A DNA stretch of 64,000 bases from Lama glama. Lineage: Eukaryota. Location: assembly GCA_028534125.1 (NCBI GenBank), contig CM052839.1, forward strand, positions 14,136,001 to 14,200,000, read 5' to 3'. Both the position numbers and the translations under genes were made by a program. Shown here one piece after another: positions 12,641-25,740 of the stretch (position 1 is the first letter of the stretch; each line of letters begins with the position of its first letter). The notes under the pieces were generated by a model. It was not told the origin of the DNA. It saw only the letters and a list, made by a program, of their open reading frames with translations, and made no database searches.

Positions 12641-13784
12641 TTTGGGGGGCCCAGTGCATCCCTGTGCCTTTGGTGTTCTGCCTTCTTTTCAGGGGAGTCC
12701 CACGTGGGCCCTGAAGACACGGGGCGGGGCTGGCAGTGCTGGTGCACGTGGCTGCCCTGCAGGTGCTCGATTAAGGCCCGAGCTCATGGCATTGTCCCCA
12801 CCAAGGCCCGCGACAGCCCTGCCATCACTCACATTTACAGAGTAGACACCCAGGTTGGAGGGTAGGAACCTTTCCGGAGGCCTGTGGCTAACAGGGGCCC
12901 AGGATGGATCTGAACCCAGGTCTGGGGACACCAGAGCCAATGCCCCTAACCACGAAACCGGGAGAGAATTCAGTTATTATTTGTGGAATTGAGTGAATGA
13001 ACTTGGTGGCTGAAAATCTGGGTGGTAGTTGCCTCAGATTCAGATCTGCCTCCAAGCTCTATGCTGCTCAGCCAGTTCCTGTCCTCCGAGTGTAGCTCAG
13101 TGCATGGTGTCCCTCCGTCCCCACTACCCGACCCCGGTTCTGAGACTCTGGGGAAAGGTGTGCTTTCTTATGCGTACTGCAGCCCTGGGCAGAGGCAGAC
13201 CTGCGTGTGTTCCTTTCTGGGTGTGCTTCAGAGCTGCAGGGCTGGAAGGAGACAGCAGGGGCTTAAACAGATGCTGAGGTCTCCAGGTGACCAGTTTGCT
13301 TTCCAAACGTGACCAACTGCCGTTTTCATCGTGAATGAGGCACAGGCCTTGTAGTCTGGGAGGCAAGTCAAAAATCCTGTTTCGGGTTTTGGGTTAAAAT
13401 GGACTGTGATGGAGACACCGCCTCCTGCACGTCAGCGTGCCAGGCTGCAAGTCTGAGCGCTGGGGCCGGTCTGGCTGCGGGACAGGGAGCCGCTGGGCTC
13501 CTTGCTGCGCCTCAGAGGAGACGTCACAGACGTCCTCTCCTGCCCCTGGCACGTCGTCATCCAAGTGGAGTAGGAGGCTCGACAAGTGGTGTCGCCTGGT
13601 GTTGGAAAGCGGAATGTGCTGGTGGCTTCCAGAGTGAGAGTCCCACCCGTGAGCTCTGGAAGTTCTTAAGCCGGTAGTTGAAGACATCACTGAATTCTAG
13701 CTGGGGGGCTTAGTGGCACTGGGTCCGCAGCCCTCCCCGTTGCAGGTGGGGAACCCGAGGCCCAGAGAGGTCAGGCACGTGCTG

Positions 13785-14005
13785 TTTTCCCCCCGACAAC
13801 GCTCCTGACACCGAATGTGTGGGTTTTTCTGGACACCAGCCAACTGTGACGCCAACCGGTGTCCTGCAATCCCGTTCTGACCTAACTGCCCGAGTTCTCA
13901 CAGGTGGCGGTGGCTGTGAATTGGGGGTTCCCATGACTCCCTCCCGTTTGGTAATTGGCTGGAACGGCTCCCAAAATGGGAGAACACCTTACTCCTGTTT
14001 ACGGC
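13785..14005. mobile_element. MER21-like LTR fragment
   Basis: ctgacaccgaatgtgtgggttttt ... gggggttcccatgactccctcc ... gctggaacggctc resembles the recalled MER21 consensus. Confidence 0.6.
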
Positions 14006-14528
14006 CTTGGTGGTGTCTGGGCCCAGCCCCCCATCACCCCGTTAGCACACAAGACACTCCTGGCTCTGGGTGTCCCGGGGTTCAGGACTGCGTGCTGGGC
14101 CGGGGGATGAACATCACGTGTCCGTTTCTTCCTGCATCATAGCGGGCGCTGTGCCAAGTCCCCAGCGAGTCACCCACACAGCGTCCTCCCTGAGCCGGAT
14201 GCCAGCCGCTGGGACGCTGGGAGACTGGCCTGAAGACTGTCAGTCGCACGCAGTCCACCTGCTCCCAGGACGTGGCTGACCCCCGGTGTTCTGGCCGGTG
14301 CAGTCAGTTCACAGACTTGTCTTGGGGTGTCCCTGTTCCCCTGCAAGCCTCAGGGGCCGGGCTCTGGGTGGTCACATCCCCTGGTTACTCCTGGGACGAG
14401 GGCAGCATCAGCACCTCAAGTTCATTTCTGCACCCGAAGCTTAAGGCCTGGGTCAGAGCGGCTTTGAGTTTTTCTTCCGGCCTTTACCCTCCTTAGGAGA
14501 TTTGACTGTCTTTTGAACCGGTTCACGA

Positions 14529-14561
14529 GTGTGTGTGTTGTGTGTGTGTGTGTGTGTGTGT
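14529..14561 (+). repeat. (GT)n microsatellite with one interruption
   Basis: gtgtgtgtgttgtgtgtgtgtgtgtgtgtgtgt. Confidence 0.95.
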
Positions 14562-15044
14562 AATTTATACCTTTGCCTCCTCGTGTACTTCTCACTGGGG
14601 CGCGCGTGTTCGTAGTGAGATGCGGCCGTCTGAGCGGGGACGCCCCTGCGCTGCCCGGGTGACCTGGGACGTCCTCTCCTGCCCCTTCCCTCCCGTCAGC
14701 CCCAGCCCTGCCCTGCTCAGCCCGTCGCCCAGGCTGCTTCTGCTTGCCCTCAGGGCTCCTGTCAGCCGAGTCGCGCAGGGGGTGCTCCTTTGGGCTCAAC
14801 ACCAGAAGTGTTTGAGGGCGCCTCCTGCCTCCTTCCACCAGGCTTTCTTTTCCCCGCTGCCGTCCTGAGAGGTCGTGTCGTCTGGGGACCCGCTGGCCCC
14901 TGAGCTGCTGTGGGTGAGCAGCGAGGCCCTAGGCCCGGGGCTGCTGTGCGGCCTGCGGCGCGTGACTCCTGAGGACTCGGGGAGGCCGTCCTGGGGGCTG
15001 TTTCTGTAGTTGTGGGTGTCATGTCCTGTCTCTTGTCCACTGGT

Positions 15045-15310
15045 TGCACACTCAGGTGCAGCCACCACCCCCGTCCTTCTCCAGAATGTTCCTCATCTTA
15101 CAGGGCTGAGACTGTCCCTGTGGAACAGCGACTCCTCTCCCCTCACCCCCGGCACCACCATCGTACTTTCTATCTCCGTCGGTTTGATGACCCCGGGGAC
15201 CTCATGCATGTGGAATCCTGCAGGGTTCGTCCTTTGTGACTGGCTGATGTCCTCCAGGGTCACCCATGTTGGAGCATCCCAAGAGGCCTTCAGTTTCAAA
15301 ACTTGATGGG
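15045..15310 (-). mobile_element. L1MB-type 3' end fragment
   Basis: tctccagaatgttcctcatctt ... caccaccatcgtactttctatctcc ... gtggaatcctgcag ... tttgtgactggct matches antisense L1MB 3' UTR. Confidence 0.7.
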
Positions 15311-15587
15311 CTTGGGGTGAGATGGTGCCCGCCTCAGAGCCCCACCAAGGGCAGGTTGGAGGCGGAGAAGGGGGCCAGCCCGTGGGGCCTGGCCTCTGCG
15401 AGAGAGGAGCAGGCCCTCCTGGGGGCAGAGGGGGGAGCCACGTCTGGGTCAGAGGGGCCTCCTCACCCCAGGGCCTCCCCACCCCTGGGGCCACCTTCTC
15501 TTGGGTCCTAAAAATTACACCGTGAGAAACATATGAAGTGAAAGCAGCGTGCATACACATTCTCGTTTAAAAACTCAGACAACGCAG

Positions 15588-15686
15588 GGTCGTGGGTTCA
15601 ACCCCAGTACCTCCATTAAATAAACAAACAAGCAAACAAACAAACCTAATGACCTCTCCGCCTAAATTTTTTTGAAAATTAAGAGC
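15588..15686 (+). mobile_element. 5'-truncated camelid tRNA-SINE
   Basis: Starts at GGTCGTGGGTTCAACCCCAGTACCTCCA with an (AAAC)n tail. Degenerate TSD TAAAAACTCAGACAACGCAG / TAAAAATGAGGCAACGCAG. Confidence 0.75.
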
Positions 15687-17111
15687 TAAAAATGAGGCAA
15701 CGCAGACAGAGGTCTACCTAGAATGCGAGGCCCCCTCCCTGCCCCCCGGGAACCTGTCAGCTGCTCAGCGTGGTCCTGGCTCCACGAAGCCTCTGGTGTA
15801 ACAGGATCCGACTGATCCACCGACCGTGGGCCTCACTTCGCACCTCGCCTTCGTCTGCTGATCTTTCCCTGGGTGACACACCTTTCACGCAGCCTTTCTC
15901 CTGGAGTGGGGGATTGTCCTTAAATAGTGCCGTGGCAGCGTGTCTGTGCGTGTACACATTTCTGTGGGTTAAGTTCCTAGGGGTGAAAACCTGGGCCAGA
16001 CGGTAGCATTTGAAGCTTTATAGAGATGCCAGACCCTCCGCAGCAGAGCCAGGAGCACCCACCCTCACCCCCATCACGGCAGTGCGCCCCTGGGAGGGGG
16101 GCTGTTTGGCTGTGGGGGTCCTGGCTCCCTGATGAAGGGCATCTCCGAGATGTGCAGATTCATGTGCCTTCCCTGCACATGGGCTCGGCCTGGGTTTCTT
16201 GGATGTCGCAGTCGCCACACGCACCCCCTCCCCTCAGCTCGAAGCCTCACTCTGCAGTCGTGGGTTCCCTGGGTGAGGACAGTGGAGGCTCTGTTAGCAG
16301 GAGGCTGTGTCTGAGTGAGGTGGCCTCTGAGCCCCGCCTCTTGGGAGGGGGCTGTGCTGACAGAGGCCAGGGCAGGAGAGTGCCCGAGGTGGGCGGGGTG
16401 CCCAGAAGCCAGAGCCGCGTCCCCCCCGAGCTGTGCTCCGAGCCTCTCCTGCCTCGGCCCCAGTCCTGCTGCTCTTGTGCTGACGAGACAGCCAGCCTTG
16501 GCGGAGCCTGGGATGACAACGGGATCCCCCTGGAATGACCTCTTTTCTGTTTCATTGCGTTTTTGTTACTTTGGATTGATGCCAAGTGAAGTTTGCAGGG
16601 GTGAACGGGCGCTTTGTAGCCCAGCGCTCCCAGCTCCCTGGGAGCTCCCAGGGCCCGCCCCCACACCAGGGCCTCCATCCTGCCGAGCTGGGCCCTCCTG
16701 GAGGGCCTCCCACCCTGCGCTTTCCACTCTGGAGCACCTTTTTCTCATTTGCTTGGAGCTCTGTGGGCTGGCTGGAGAGCCGGGGCCTTTCCCTGCTGGG
16801 CTCCACGCCCCCCAGGGCAGGGGCTGGGGGCGTCTGTGCTGGTGTCCACAGTGGGCGGTCGGGGGATGAAGTGTGGCCCTGCGGAGCCTGGCCACAGCTC
16901 CCTGTCTCTGAGCCTCGGGACAACTCCATGCCCCAGGGGCTTGTTTGAAGCTCAAACTGGACAATGCAAGTAAAGCACTTGACTCTCTGAAAGTTCTGTC
17001 CTCCCTCGTAACCGTTTCTGAAATGAGGGAACTATGAATTTGGGTGGTATATACTGGGAAGGGTACATACAAGTGTTTAAAAAAATGGAACAAAAATTTT
17101 TGTTTATTTTA

Positions 17112-17204
17112 GAATTATTTGTTTTAATGGCAGCACTGTGGATTGAACCCAGGACCTCATGCATGCTAAGCACTGCTCTACCCCTGAGCTCTACCCTCCC
17201 CCCG
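17112..17204 (-). mobile_element. Camelid tRNA-SINE, antisense
   Basis: Reverse complement of the 7378 element. Perfect 12-bp TSD TTGTTTATTTTA at 17100-17111 and 17205-17216. Confidence 0.9.
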
Positions 17205-17384
17205 TTGTTTATTTTAACAGTCTGACCCCTGGTGCTGCAGAAAATAAAAAGCAAGTTACCATGTGTGCTTTCTGGACAGAACAAAAACTTTGAAATCAGA
17301 CAAACCTCAGTTTGAGCTGCAGCCTCACCTGTAAAATGGGTCTAATAGTCCTGCATTTTAAAGTGTGTGTCCGGGCACGAAGTG

Positions 17385-17728
17385 AGGTGTTTCACGGGCT
17401 GTGGCGGTGAAAGACTGCAGACCGGGCAAACAGCAAACAACAGCGCTGACCCCTCGCAGCTTTGGGGGCCGGTGTCCCAGGTCGAGGTGTTGGCGGCTGG
17501 TTTCTCTTGGGGCCTCTCTTTGTCACGCCGACGGCAGCCTGCTTCTGTTTGCCTGCCTCCCGCTGTCCCTGGTGTCCAGGTTCCTCCCGCGAGGACAGCA
17601 GTCAGGTGTGTGAGGGCCTCCTGTCTAACGGCCTCATCTGACCTTGCTCACGTCTTCAGGGAGCCTCCCTCCCAGTGCAGTCACATTCAGCATGTGGGTT
17701 TGTGGGGCCCACAGTTTAGCCCATAACA
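17385..17728. mobile_element. MaLR (MLT1A/B-like) solo LTR
   Basis: Typical end ...cagtcacattc ... ggggcccacagtttagcccataaca. Confidence 0.7.
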
Positions 17729-18080
17729 CCGGCCAGACAGAGCTCTGGGGTGGTGGCCAGCCGTTCCGGGGCAGGTGGTACGCGGTCTGTGCGGTTGTCC
17801 TGAGAGCCAGCAGTGCTGTTCCTGTCCCCGTCCCCCTAGCCCCCAGGCACTGCCCATGACTATTCAACCAGTACAATCCACTGGCTTAGAGAGCAAGCCA
17901 GGCCTCCTTCCACTTCCGGACCCTCGGTACCAGCGAATCGCCAGTGACACATTCAGGAAAGCTCAGGCTTGACTTTATAAAGTTAGCCAAGGATGGCACT
18001 TTAAATGTGTAAGATCCAAGTGGAAAGGAGTCCAAACGGAGTATGAATAAACGTTGAGTTTGGGGAAAGTACAACACGCC

Positions 18081-18345
18081 GTGAAGGAAGCCAGACCCAA
18101 AGCTGCGTGCCCTGCCATCCCGCTGCTGCGCCGAGTGCAGGCCAGGCCGGTGCGTGTGCGGGGCCTGGGGTGAGGGCTGGGAAGTGACTGCACTGGGGCC
18201 GGGCTTCTTCCTGGGGTCATGAAGGTTCTGGAATTAGAGCGGTCATGGTTACTGAGGCCTGGTGGTGGCTGCTGAAGCCCACTGAGTTGTGCACTGAAAG
18301 GGGAGCTTCAGGGGGTGTGGATTCTCTCCCAATAAAGCTGTTAGG
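18081..18345 (+). mobile_element. L1MB-type 3' end fragment
   Basis: gtgaaggaagccagacccaaa ... gttctggaattaga ... cactgagttgtgcactgaaaggg ... tctcccaataaagctgtt. Confidence 0.7.
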
Positions 18346-21300
18346 AAACACTGAGTTAGGGCCGTGGCGGTGGTGTGCTTAGGGGAGTGGCTTCCGAGTC
18401 TGTCTTCCAAGTTTTCTGTAGTTCCTCTTTTGTAAGTGGAAAACCCCAAAGTCCTCCACGTCAGGAAGGTGACTGGGGATCTCGTGCTGTGTGGCGCTGA
18501 GTTAGAGCCAGGCAAAGAAAACTTCCGTGGAGTATTAAGAGGTCACTTTTGCTCCTGAAATGTCAACACTGAGTACGACGTACAAGCCAGAGAGAAGACG
18601 GGTATGTGCGTGATGTCGCTTGACCCGGGCCTCCTGAGTGCAGGCCTGTGGCAGAATCCGCCCTCTCTCCTCCGATGGAGTCCATGTTTGTCACGCACTT
18701 TCACAGCCCGTTCCTTCCCAGTGCCACACCGTCGTCAGCCCCGTGCCAAGAGACAAGTAATTCATCGTGGAACGCATGTGTGTGAGATGCTGCTGGCCGC
18801 CCTCGCTTCCAGGTGGACCGTTTCTGCCCCATTTGTAGCCGTGTTTGTCCTGGAGGCACCATTTCTTGGCTCATGACGTGAAATCATCTTTGAAAGGAAA
18901 GTTAAAGACTCTCGAATTACCTTTCTCTGCTTTAAATCCACCCTTTGGTATTTGCAAAGGTCAGACGAGCTATTTCGGCGTCCACGGCCTTGATTAATGG
19001 GGAGCCGGATGTTCCCATTGGCCCCCGAGAATGAAGGATTGCCACGGGGCGGCAGCATCTGCCATCACATCGAGCGCGGAGCTGGGACTCTTAGGAGGTA
19101 GCCGGCCCATGAAAGATGCAGGCGGAGGGATGCCTCGGGCGCGGCCCTGTTCACCCGCCACCGGAGAGCTCGCAGGCGCCTCCCAGAGCGTCCCCCGAGA
19201 GCGTGTGTCCCACCCCCCACCCGGCCTTGCCGCTAAGAGTCTAACACTGAAGCGCGGTGCCTCTGTCCTGAGAGGTGCCTGGGCTTGTCTGTGTTCTGCG
19301 CTCACCCCTCCACACTGGGGATGTGGTTTTATTCTAAGTTAAATAAAAATCATTGTGTTGGTGCCTAGATCTTCGCGGGGAAAATAATGAATACACGTCT
19401 CGGTCCCCACGCAGGAGCAGATGGTCTGCGTCAGTTCATTCTGTGACCTTTCTTTGCTTCGAAGACAGAGTCTGATCCCATGGATCATAGCTGTTCTTTC
19501 GGTTCGCAGACCCGGAGGTCACAGGAGCGCCAGGCTGTCGCCATCCTTTTCCATTTGTCTGGAGCCTTCAACCGGAGACCAGTGTGGCATTCTCAGCCTG
19601 CGGGAGCCGGGGCCTTCTGGGCACGTGAAGGGAGCCCTCTGCCCCGCGTCCTGCTGTCCTCACCTGTCCACTCACCGGGCAGCCACTTCGCTGCCCTGTG
19701 GGGGCAGGCACAGCCCCTGTGAAGCCTGCCCACCGAGGGCCGCAGGTTTAAAGTACACTAGCGACAAGGGCCAGCTGTGCTGCTGGGGAGCCACATGGGG
19801 GCCTCTCCTGGCCCCAGAGCCCACGTTCCCATCAGGAGGCAGACAGAAACAAGAGCCGTGCGGGGGCCCCGATAACAGCGGGCATGCGCTGTGCTGGGGT
19901 AGAGCGAGGAGGTGGCCCTGCCGCTGTCCTACGGGAGGGCGGGGGTTGGGCTGGGAAGTGAGGACCTTGCAGAAGAGACAGCTGGGCGCAGTCCTGGGAC
20001 CTGGAGCAGGTGGGGGCAGCGAGGGCCGGTAGTGAGTCACCCTGGGAGTCAGGCTGACAGATACAGACGCTGCCTGGAGTTGAGGGGAGCTTGGGAGGTT
20101 TTTAACACGCAGGGGACTATGTGACCGTTTCTGTTCAGGGAAGGTCATCCAGGCACATGGAAGAGGGCTGCGGAAGTGATGCCAGCGGTGGAGAGGTCCC
20201 GACCCTGAGAGCCGGCCGAGAGGGCACCCGGCCCACCCGGCCCTCCTCCCCTGTTTCATTCCCACATCCTCCTTCCGATCACCCAGAGCCTCTCCATGGC
20301 CCAGTCCCGCGTCCCTGTTGAGATGGCCCAGCACTGTCCAGGCTGCCCAGCTCACCCTCCCTGGCCCCCTGCAGCAGCCGGAGCCCTGGCGCTCAGTGGA
20401 GGCCACCTTGCTGCCAAACCCCTGGCAGGGCTGGACCCTCAGGAGGGAGGAGGGAGGGTGGAGTGATTACGGTGGGTGGGGCAGGGGCTCAGAACTGGAG
20501 GACGGAACACACCTGGTCTGAGCCCCTCATCCACCTCACGCAGGCTCCAGGAGACTGGGAGGGGTTTTGTTTTACTCTTTATTGCGAGAGCTTCAGACAG
20601 AAGCAAGAGCAGGGAAAACGCAGTAACGAGCTGCTGGGGCCCGTGACTCTGCCTCCGCTCCCCTCACTCTCTGGCCAGCCCAGGCTGCTCCGCCACGGCC
20701 TCCCCACCTCGCTGGTTTGGAGCTGACCCCAGGCCTCGTGTAATTCTGAAGTGTGTCTCAAAGAGCAGGGCTTTTGGCTGAACTCCAGGAGGAGCCTGCC
20801 CTGTCTGAGCCGCAGCCTCCTCGCCTGTGCGCTGGGATGGCGGCACCCTCGGCCCAGGGCTGCTGTGAGCAAGCCGGTGGAGGCGTTGCCAGAACCCTGA
20901 CAGCTCCCTTCTCTTCACGACCGGCCGTGACAGGCCTGCGCTGTGGTGGCCCCGAGAGCACAGCCTGGGGGCAGACGACCCCCGTTCTCAGCCCCACACT
21001 CACCACCGTGACTTTGGGGCACATCGCCTAGTCTGGGCCTCCGTGTCCTCGTCTTTAAAAATGGGGGCAGTGACAGCCCCCTTGTAGGGTGGTTTAAGGT
21101 TTAAATGAGACAGTGTATACCAGCACGTGACCAGCTCAGTCCACGGTAGCTTTTATAATAAACATCCTTTAAGTATGTTATTTCTGATTCTCAGGGCAGT
21201 TCCGCAAAGTATTAGCTATTATCTCCATTTTACAAATGAAGCAACAGAGGCTTAAGTCCAACATTAGATGATGCACTTGAGCTCTTGGGATGAATGAATT

Positions 21301-22761
21301 GCGGAGCCAGGAGTCTGAGCCCAGGTCTGACCCCCCACGGCCCCCACCTTCGTTACGGCTGATTCTTTCCTGAACCGGGCTCTCTGGCCTCTAGAAAAAG
21401 AGCACTCCAGTCTTCGGTCAGGCAGGCCAGGGGCACGGGGTCCTGCCTTGTTTGACGTCCAGCCAGTGCTGTCTCCAAGAGGCTGGTGACTGTGTGCAGC
21501 GGCTCCCTTGCTGCCCTGTCCCCCGGCCACCTTCCTGCTCCTGCCGTCAGTGCAGTCAGCACGCGTGGCTAGGGGACAGGGCAGGATGGGCAAGGCCGCT
21601 CAAATGAAAATGGTCACACCAGCCGTTTCGGGCTAAGTTTTAGTGGAAGGAGGCAAACCCCTGGGCCCAGTGAGGTTCCCTGGTCATCTGGGGAGGTTCA
21701 TTTCCCAGTCAGCTGAGATAGGAGTGGACCGGGCGGATTTACCCGTTTCAGCTGTAAAATTGCTAGGAACGCAAAACTTCCAGGTGATGTGACAGAGCCC
21801 CGGAACTCAAACCCCGGCCTGCCCCGCTCCCCGCCTGGCCGCCCTGTCAGTCCCCACCGCCCCGCGCTACCAGGACCCCCTGTGCCGAAAGGCCCACCCC
21901 GCCCTGGTCAGTGGGCACCAGCTTCCCGCCTCACTCTGCACACCTGCCCCGGGAGGGTGCCTGTTCCTGACTCCGCAGGTGAGGAAGCCACGCGGGTGAG
22001 GGTGTGGCTGTCGGAGCGCAGAGCGAGGACACGAAGGGCGTGTTCATGCTCAGGCCGTGGCCAGCCCTCTTCCTGCGCCCCCACAAGGCCTCTGGACCTC
22101 GGCGGCTCCTCCCAGGGTGCTCTCCATTTGCCACCACGTGCTGTGGGCCTGGGGAGCCCAGGGGGACGGGTCCTGGGAGGCCCGCACACCCTGTCTGACC
22201 CCGCATGATCCAGGCAGCTTGAGAGCCCGGTGGGAGAACTGAAGAGGGCAAGTTCGGGCTCTTAAGCCTTTTTTCCTCCTTCAAAGTTTGAAGACAAGAG
22301 ATCTAGAGAAGTAGAGAAAAGTACTCATCGCCGTGCGACCCGGAGGTCTCTGCTGCTGCAGACACTGCGGCCTGCTTACTTCCTGGATTATTGGTGCGTT
22401 TTTCTCACAGAGATGACGCTGTGAATACCGTTTTGTGTTCTGGGTTTTTTCTTTCACTTAACGTAATAAGCATTTTAAGTTAAGAACCAGCGTGTAGGTA
22501 CCACGTGCACATGACCACATGCTGCTCCAGCGTGTGGACGTATGGTGGTGTACTTCACCACTGCCTCAGGTATGGACATTCGGGTGGTTTTATTTTTTTC
22601 CTTGCTGTTATAACTCAGCGATAAACCCTGGTAGGGCTTGAATCTTCGCCTTGTAGGTTATTTACTTGTAATAAATTCCTTTAAGTAGAATCACCACGTC
22701 AAAAGGTTCTTGCTCCAAAAGCTTGATACTGCCTTGTGTCGTCTCAGCCTTTACGGGACCC

Positions 22762-22795
22762 GTGGAGGGTCCCGGTGGAGGGTCCCAGTGGAGGG
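22762..22795 (+). repeat. 13-bp tandem repeat, ~2.6 copies
   Basis: gtggagggtcccg gtggagggtccca gtggaggg. Confidence 0.85.
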
Positions 22796-24919
22796 TTAGC
22801 GTGTGGGATGGGGTTGGGGACGGTTTCCTTGAAGAGAGTTTTTAGGCCACTTCTGAAGCTGCTGGTTGTTAACTGGAGTGGAAGCAGATGGGTGTAGTGG
22901 GGAGACGCTACCTACATTTCCAGGCAGAGACGAAGGGACCGATGCCCAGAGCTGCCGGTGCGTGTGGACCTGAGGGAGCTGGGGCTGGGGAGCAGGATGT
23001 CGGGCGAGGCCCGGTGACAGCCTGGACTTTCCATAACGGCAGGGGAAACTGGGGGGGCTTGAAGCAGACTGGGGACGTGAGGAGACTTTCATGCTGGAAG
23101 GTCACCTGGCTGCGGGGTGGAGCACAGACTGGACAGGGCTGGAAGGAGGCTGCGAGGCCAGTTAGGTCCCTCACATAAGAGGGGTTCCTCGCAGGCTTTG
23201 CTAAATTGATGGGAGATAGTGCATTTCGTTTAAACTTATGTTTCTTTCATTCCTGCTGAGGTTGGATATTTTTAAGTTGATTTGCCACCCAAATGTCTTC
23301 ATGTGTGACTTGGCTCCGTGTGTCCTAACGGGTCCCGGAGCGTTAAGGCACCCTTGTTGCAGATTTCAGGATGGTGGGGCAGACGCAGGATTCAGCTCCA
23401 CATCAGAGCTTTTGGAGACCTAGCGAGGGGAGGTGATGGATGCCCTGGGTGCTGACACCAGCACTGAGGCCCCAGGCCCACTGCCCTCTGCCCTCTCCAG
23501 GCCTCCTCACGCTGGCCCTGAGTCTGGGCCTCTGAAAGCACAGCTCAGCAGGCCGCCCGTGAGCGTTTGCTGGGATGGAGGAGGTGAGAGAGGACAGGGC
23601 CTTCAGCGTGAAGTTACCACTCAGGCCCGACTCACGGTTCAGCCGCCTCCCCAGCGTTAACGGCATCCCGCTTGTAGGTCTTCCGTGTTGCGACTTTTAT
23701 TAGCTTGCTATTTTGATAGCCACAGAAGCTTGCCGCGGAAGCTGCAGGCAGGGGCTTGCCAGGAGCGCACCCCGATGGGAGGAGCTTTTCTTCCTGACTG
23801 AGCGGTGGCCTCGTGCGTTCCGGTTCCCCCTGGGCTCCAGTGTGTGCCGGGGGCAGAGGCAGCACGGGAGGCTGGCGATGGCCCGCGTCTCTCTCTGCAG
23901 CATCTCGGCTAGAAACCCACAGGAGCTTGAGCCTGCGTCTCACTCTGGGTGTTTTCCCCGTTAATCTGACCAGTCTCAGACGGTCGAGGCGCTGCCATCA
24001 CAGCGCGGCCCCGTCACGGTGCCTGTGTGCATGGCCGTGCCCTTGCTGGGGCTGAAGCCCTCCGTCTTTGATGTTGAACTTCACCCCCAGACCAGATAAG
24101 GCGGGGCGGAGAGTTGTCTGAGCTGACCCCCTAGGGGCCTTCCAGAAACGATTCCACGATTCCTGGTGACTGTAGAGGTTAACAGGCTTAGAAATCATAA
24201 ATATGGTTACCAAAGAAACACAAATACCTCGCAGAACAATTTGGAAAGTTACCCTCCTCCCCGACAAAACCCAAGCGGACTCAGACAGGGCGGTTCTCAC
24301 CCTGAGGAGCCGTCCCCCTGCCCCACGCTGGGCTCGCTCTCCGGGCCTTTTTCCTTCGAGTGGGTGTTTGCTGGCTAGTGTGAAGCTGTGGGACTGCTTC
24401 TGTCTTGATTTTTTCCCCACTTACTGTGTGATCACCACTTGCCCAGCGTCTGCTTTCCTCCTCACCCAGGGGCCGTGTGTGTCCGTGGGGCGCCGGCAGG
24501 CCTTTTCGGGCAACCACGTAAGGCAGGACCTTGTGGCTCCAACCAGTTTTGGGGTCCCGGTCGCGTTCTTTAAATGTCTTCAGGTCATCATCCTTTGAAG
24601 GATGGCTTTGACTTTTAAAACAAGCCAGCAGTTTTCTGCAGCCCAGTGTCGTGTGCTGGGCAGGGCCGAACTGGAGATGTGGCTGTAACAAGGGAGACCA
24701 GGTTTTTCTGTGGTTTGTGGGGAGGGCGGGGAAGGGTCAATGCTCCTCAGACACCTGTGACCGCCAGCTCGGCCGAGCCCATGAAACAAGCCAGCTCTGA
24801 ACGTGGCCTGGCCGCTGTCAGTGCAGCGCCTGTCCTCAGCGTGGGCGCATCAGGCCACATGCCCAGGGGCCAGGGTGTATGGGTAGGGGAAGGGCCAAGG
24901 GACGTGCACCTTGTAACTG

Positions 24920-25593
24920 GTGGATGCTGCCCACTTCCCCTTGACCTTGGGCAGCCCCGGGCCCAGCTGGAACTTTCTCTTTCACAGTCTCCCCTGCAGC
25001 TGCGTGTGGCCAGAGGGCACAGGTCTGGCCTCTGAGCAGGCGAGCCCCCTTCATTCACAGAAGGGCAAAGCCTTCTGGCCCTTGTGCCTTCTTCCTGCCT
25101 GATGCGTGGACTCTGCCTGCTGGAGCCGCAGCGCCCTGCAGTGACGGGGACAGCAGCTGCAAGGCAGCAAGATAGAGGCCCACATCCTGCCTGGGACCCC
25201 GTGGGCTGCCTGGGACCCCATGTCCTGCCTGGGACCCCACGTCCTGCCTGGGACCCTGGGGGCTGCCTGGGGCCCTGCATCCTGCTTGGGACTCTGGGTG
25301 CTGTCTGGGACCTCACGTCCTGCCTGGGACCCTGGGGGCTGCCTGGGACCCCATGTCCTGCCTGGGACCCCACGTCCTGCCTGGGACCCTGGGGGCTGCC
25401 TGGGACCCTGAGTCCTGCTTGGGACTCTGGGTGCTGCCTGGGACCCCGTGTCCTGCCTGGGACTCCGGGGGGTGCCGCAGCTCTGTACCGCCTGCTCCCA
25501 GAGTTCTCCTTGTGCCGTGAGGAAACTAACCCCATCTGTTTACGCAAGTGTGAGGTTTTTAATTGCTTGCAGCTGAATGCAATCATAACTGAT
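24920..25593. mobile_element. Old MLT1(H/J-like) LTR interrupted by a minisatellite
   Basis: End ttgcttgcagctgaatgcaatcataactgata and internal ccttcttcctgcctg blocks resemble MLT1 LTRs. Left boundary approximate. Confidence 0.55.
25187..25471 (+). repeat. 19-bp minisatellite, 15 units (CTGCCTGGGACCCYnnnnn)
   Basis: Parsed by eye into 15 contiguous 19-nt units. Confidence 0.95.
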
Positions 25594-25740
25594 AAGGTAA
25601 TGTTTTAATATTTTACAGGGGAAATGTATTTACATATTGTGTAATTAAAAATGAAAAATAATTTAAATCCCCACAGATTTCTGGGCCCACATTAAACGCA
25701 CTGAAACAGAATCTTAGGGGATGGGACTCCTATATCTGTA

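Noticed and set aside
13089-13115. TGTAGCTCAGTG resembling a SINE/tRNA head
   Set aside because: No B box or tail follows; chance match.
24747-25608. Repetitive ORFs on both strands / CRISPR-like look of the 19-bp array
   Set aside because: Products of a minisatellite; variable parts are only ~5-6 nt and recur, there are no cas genes, and the context is eukaryotic.
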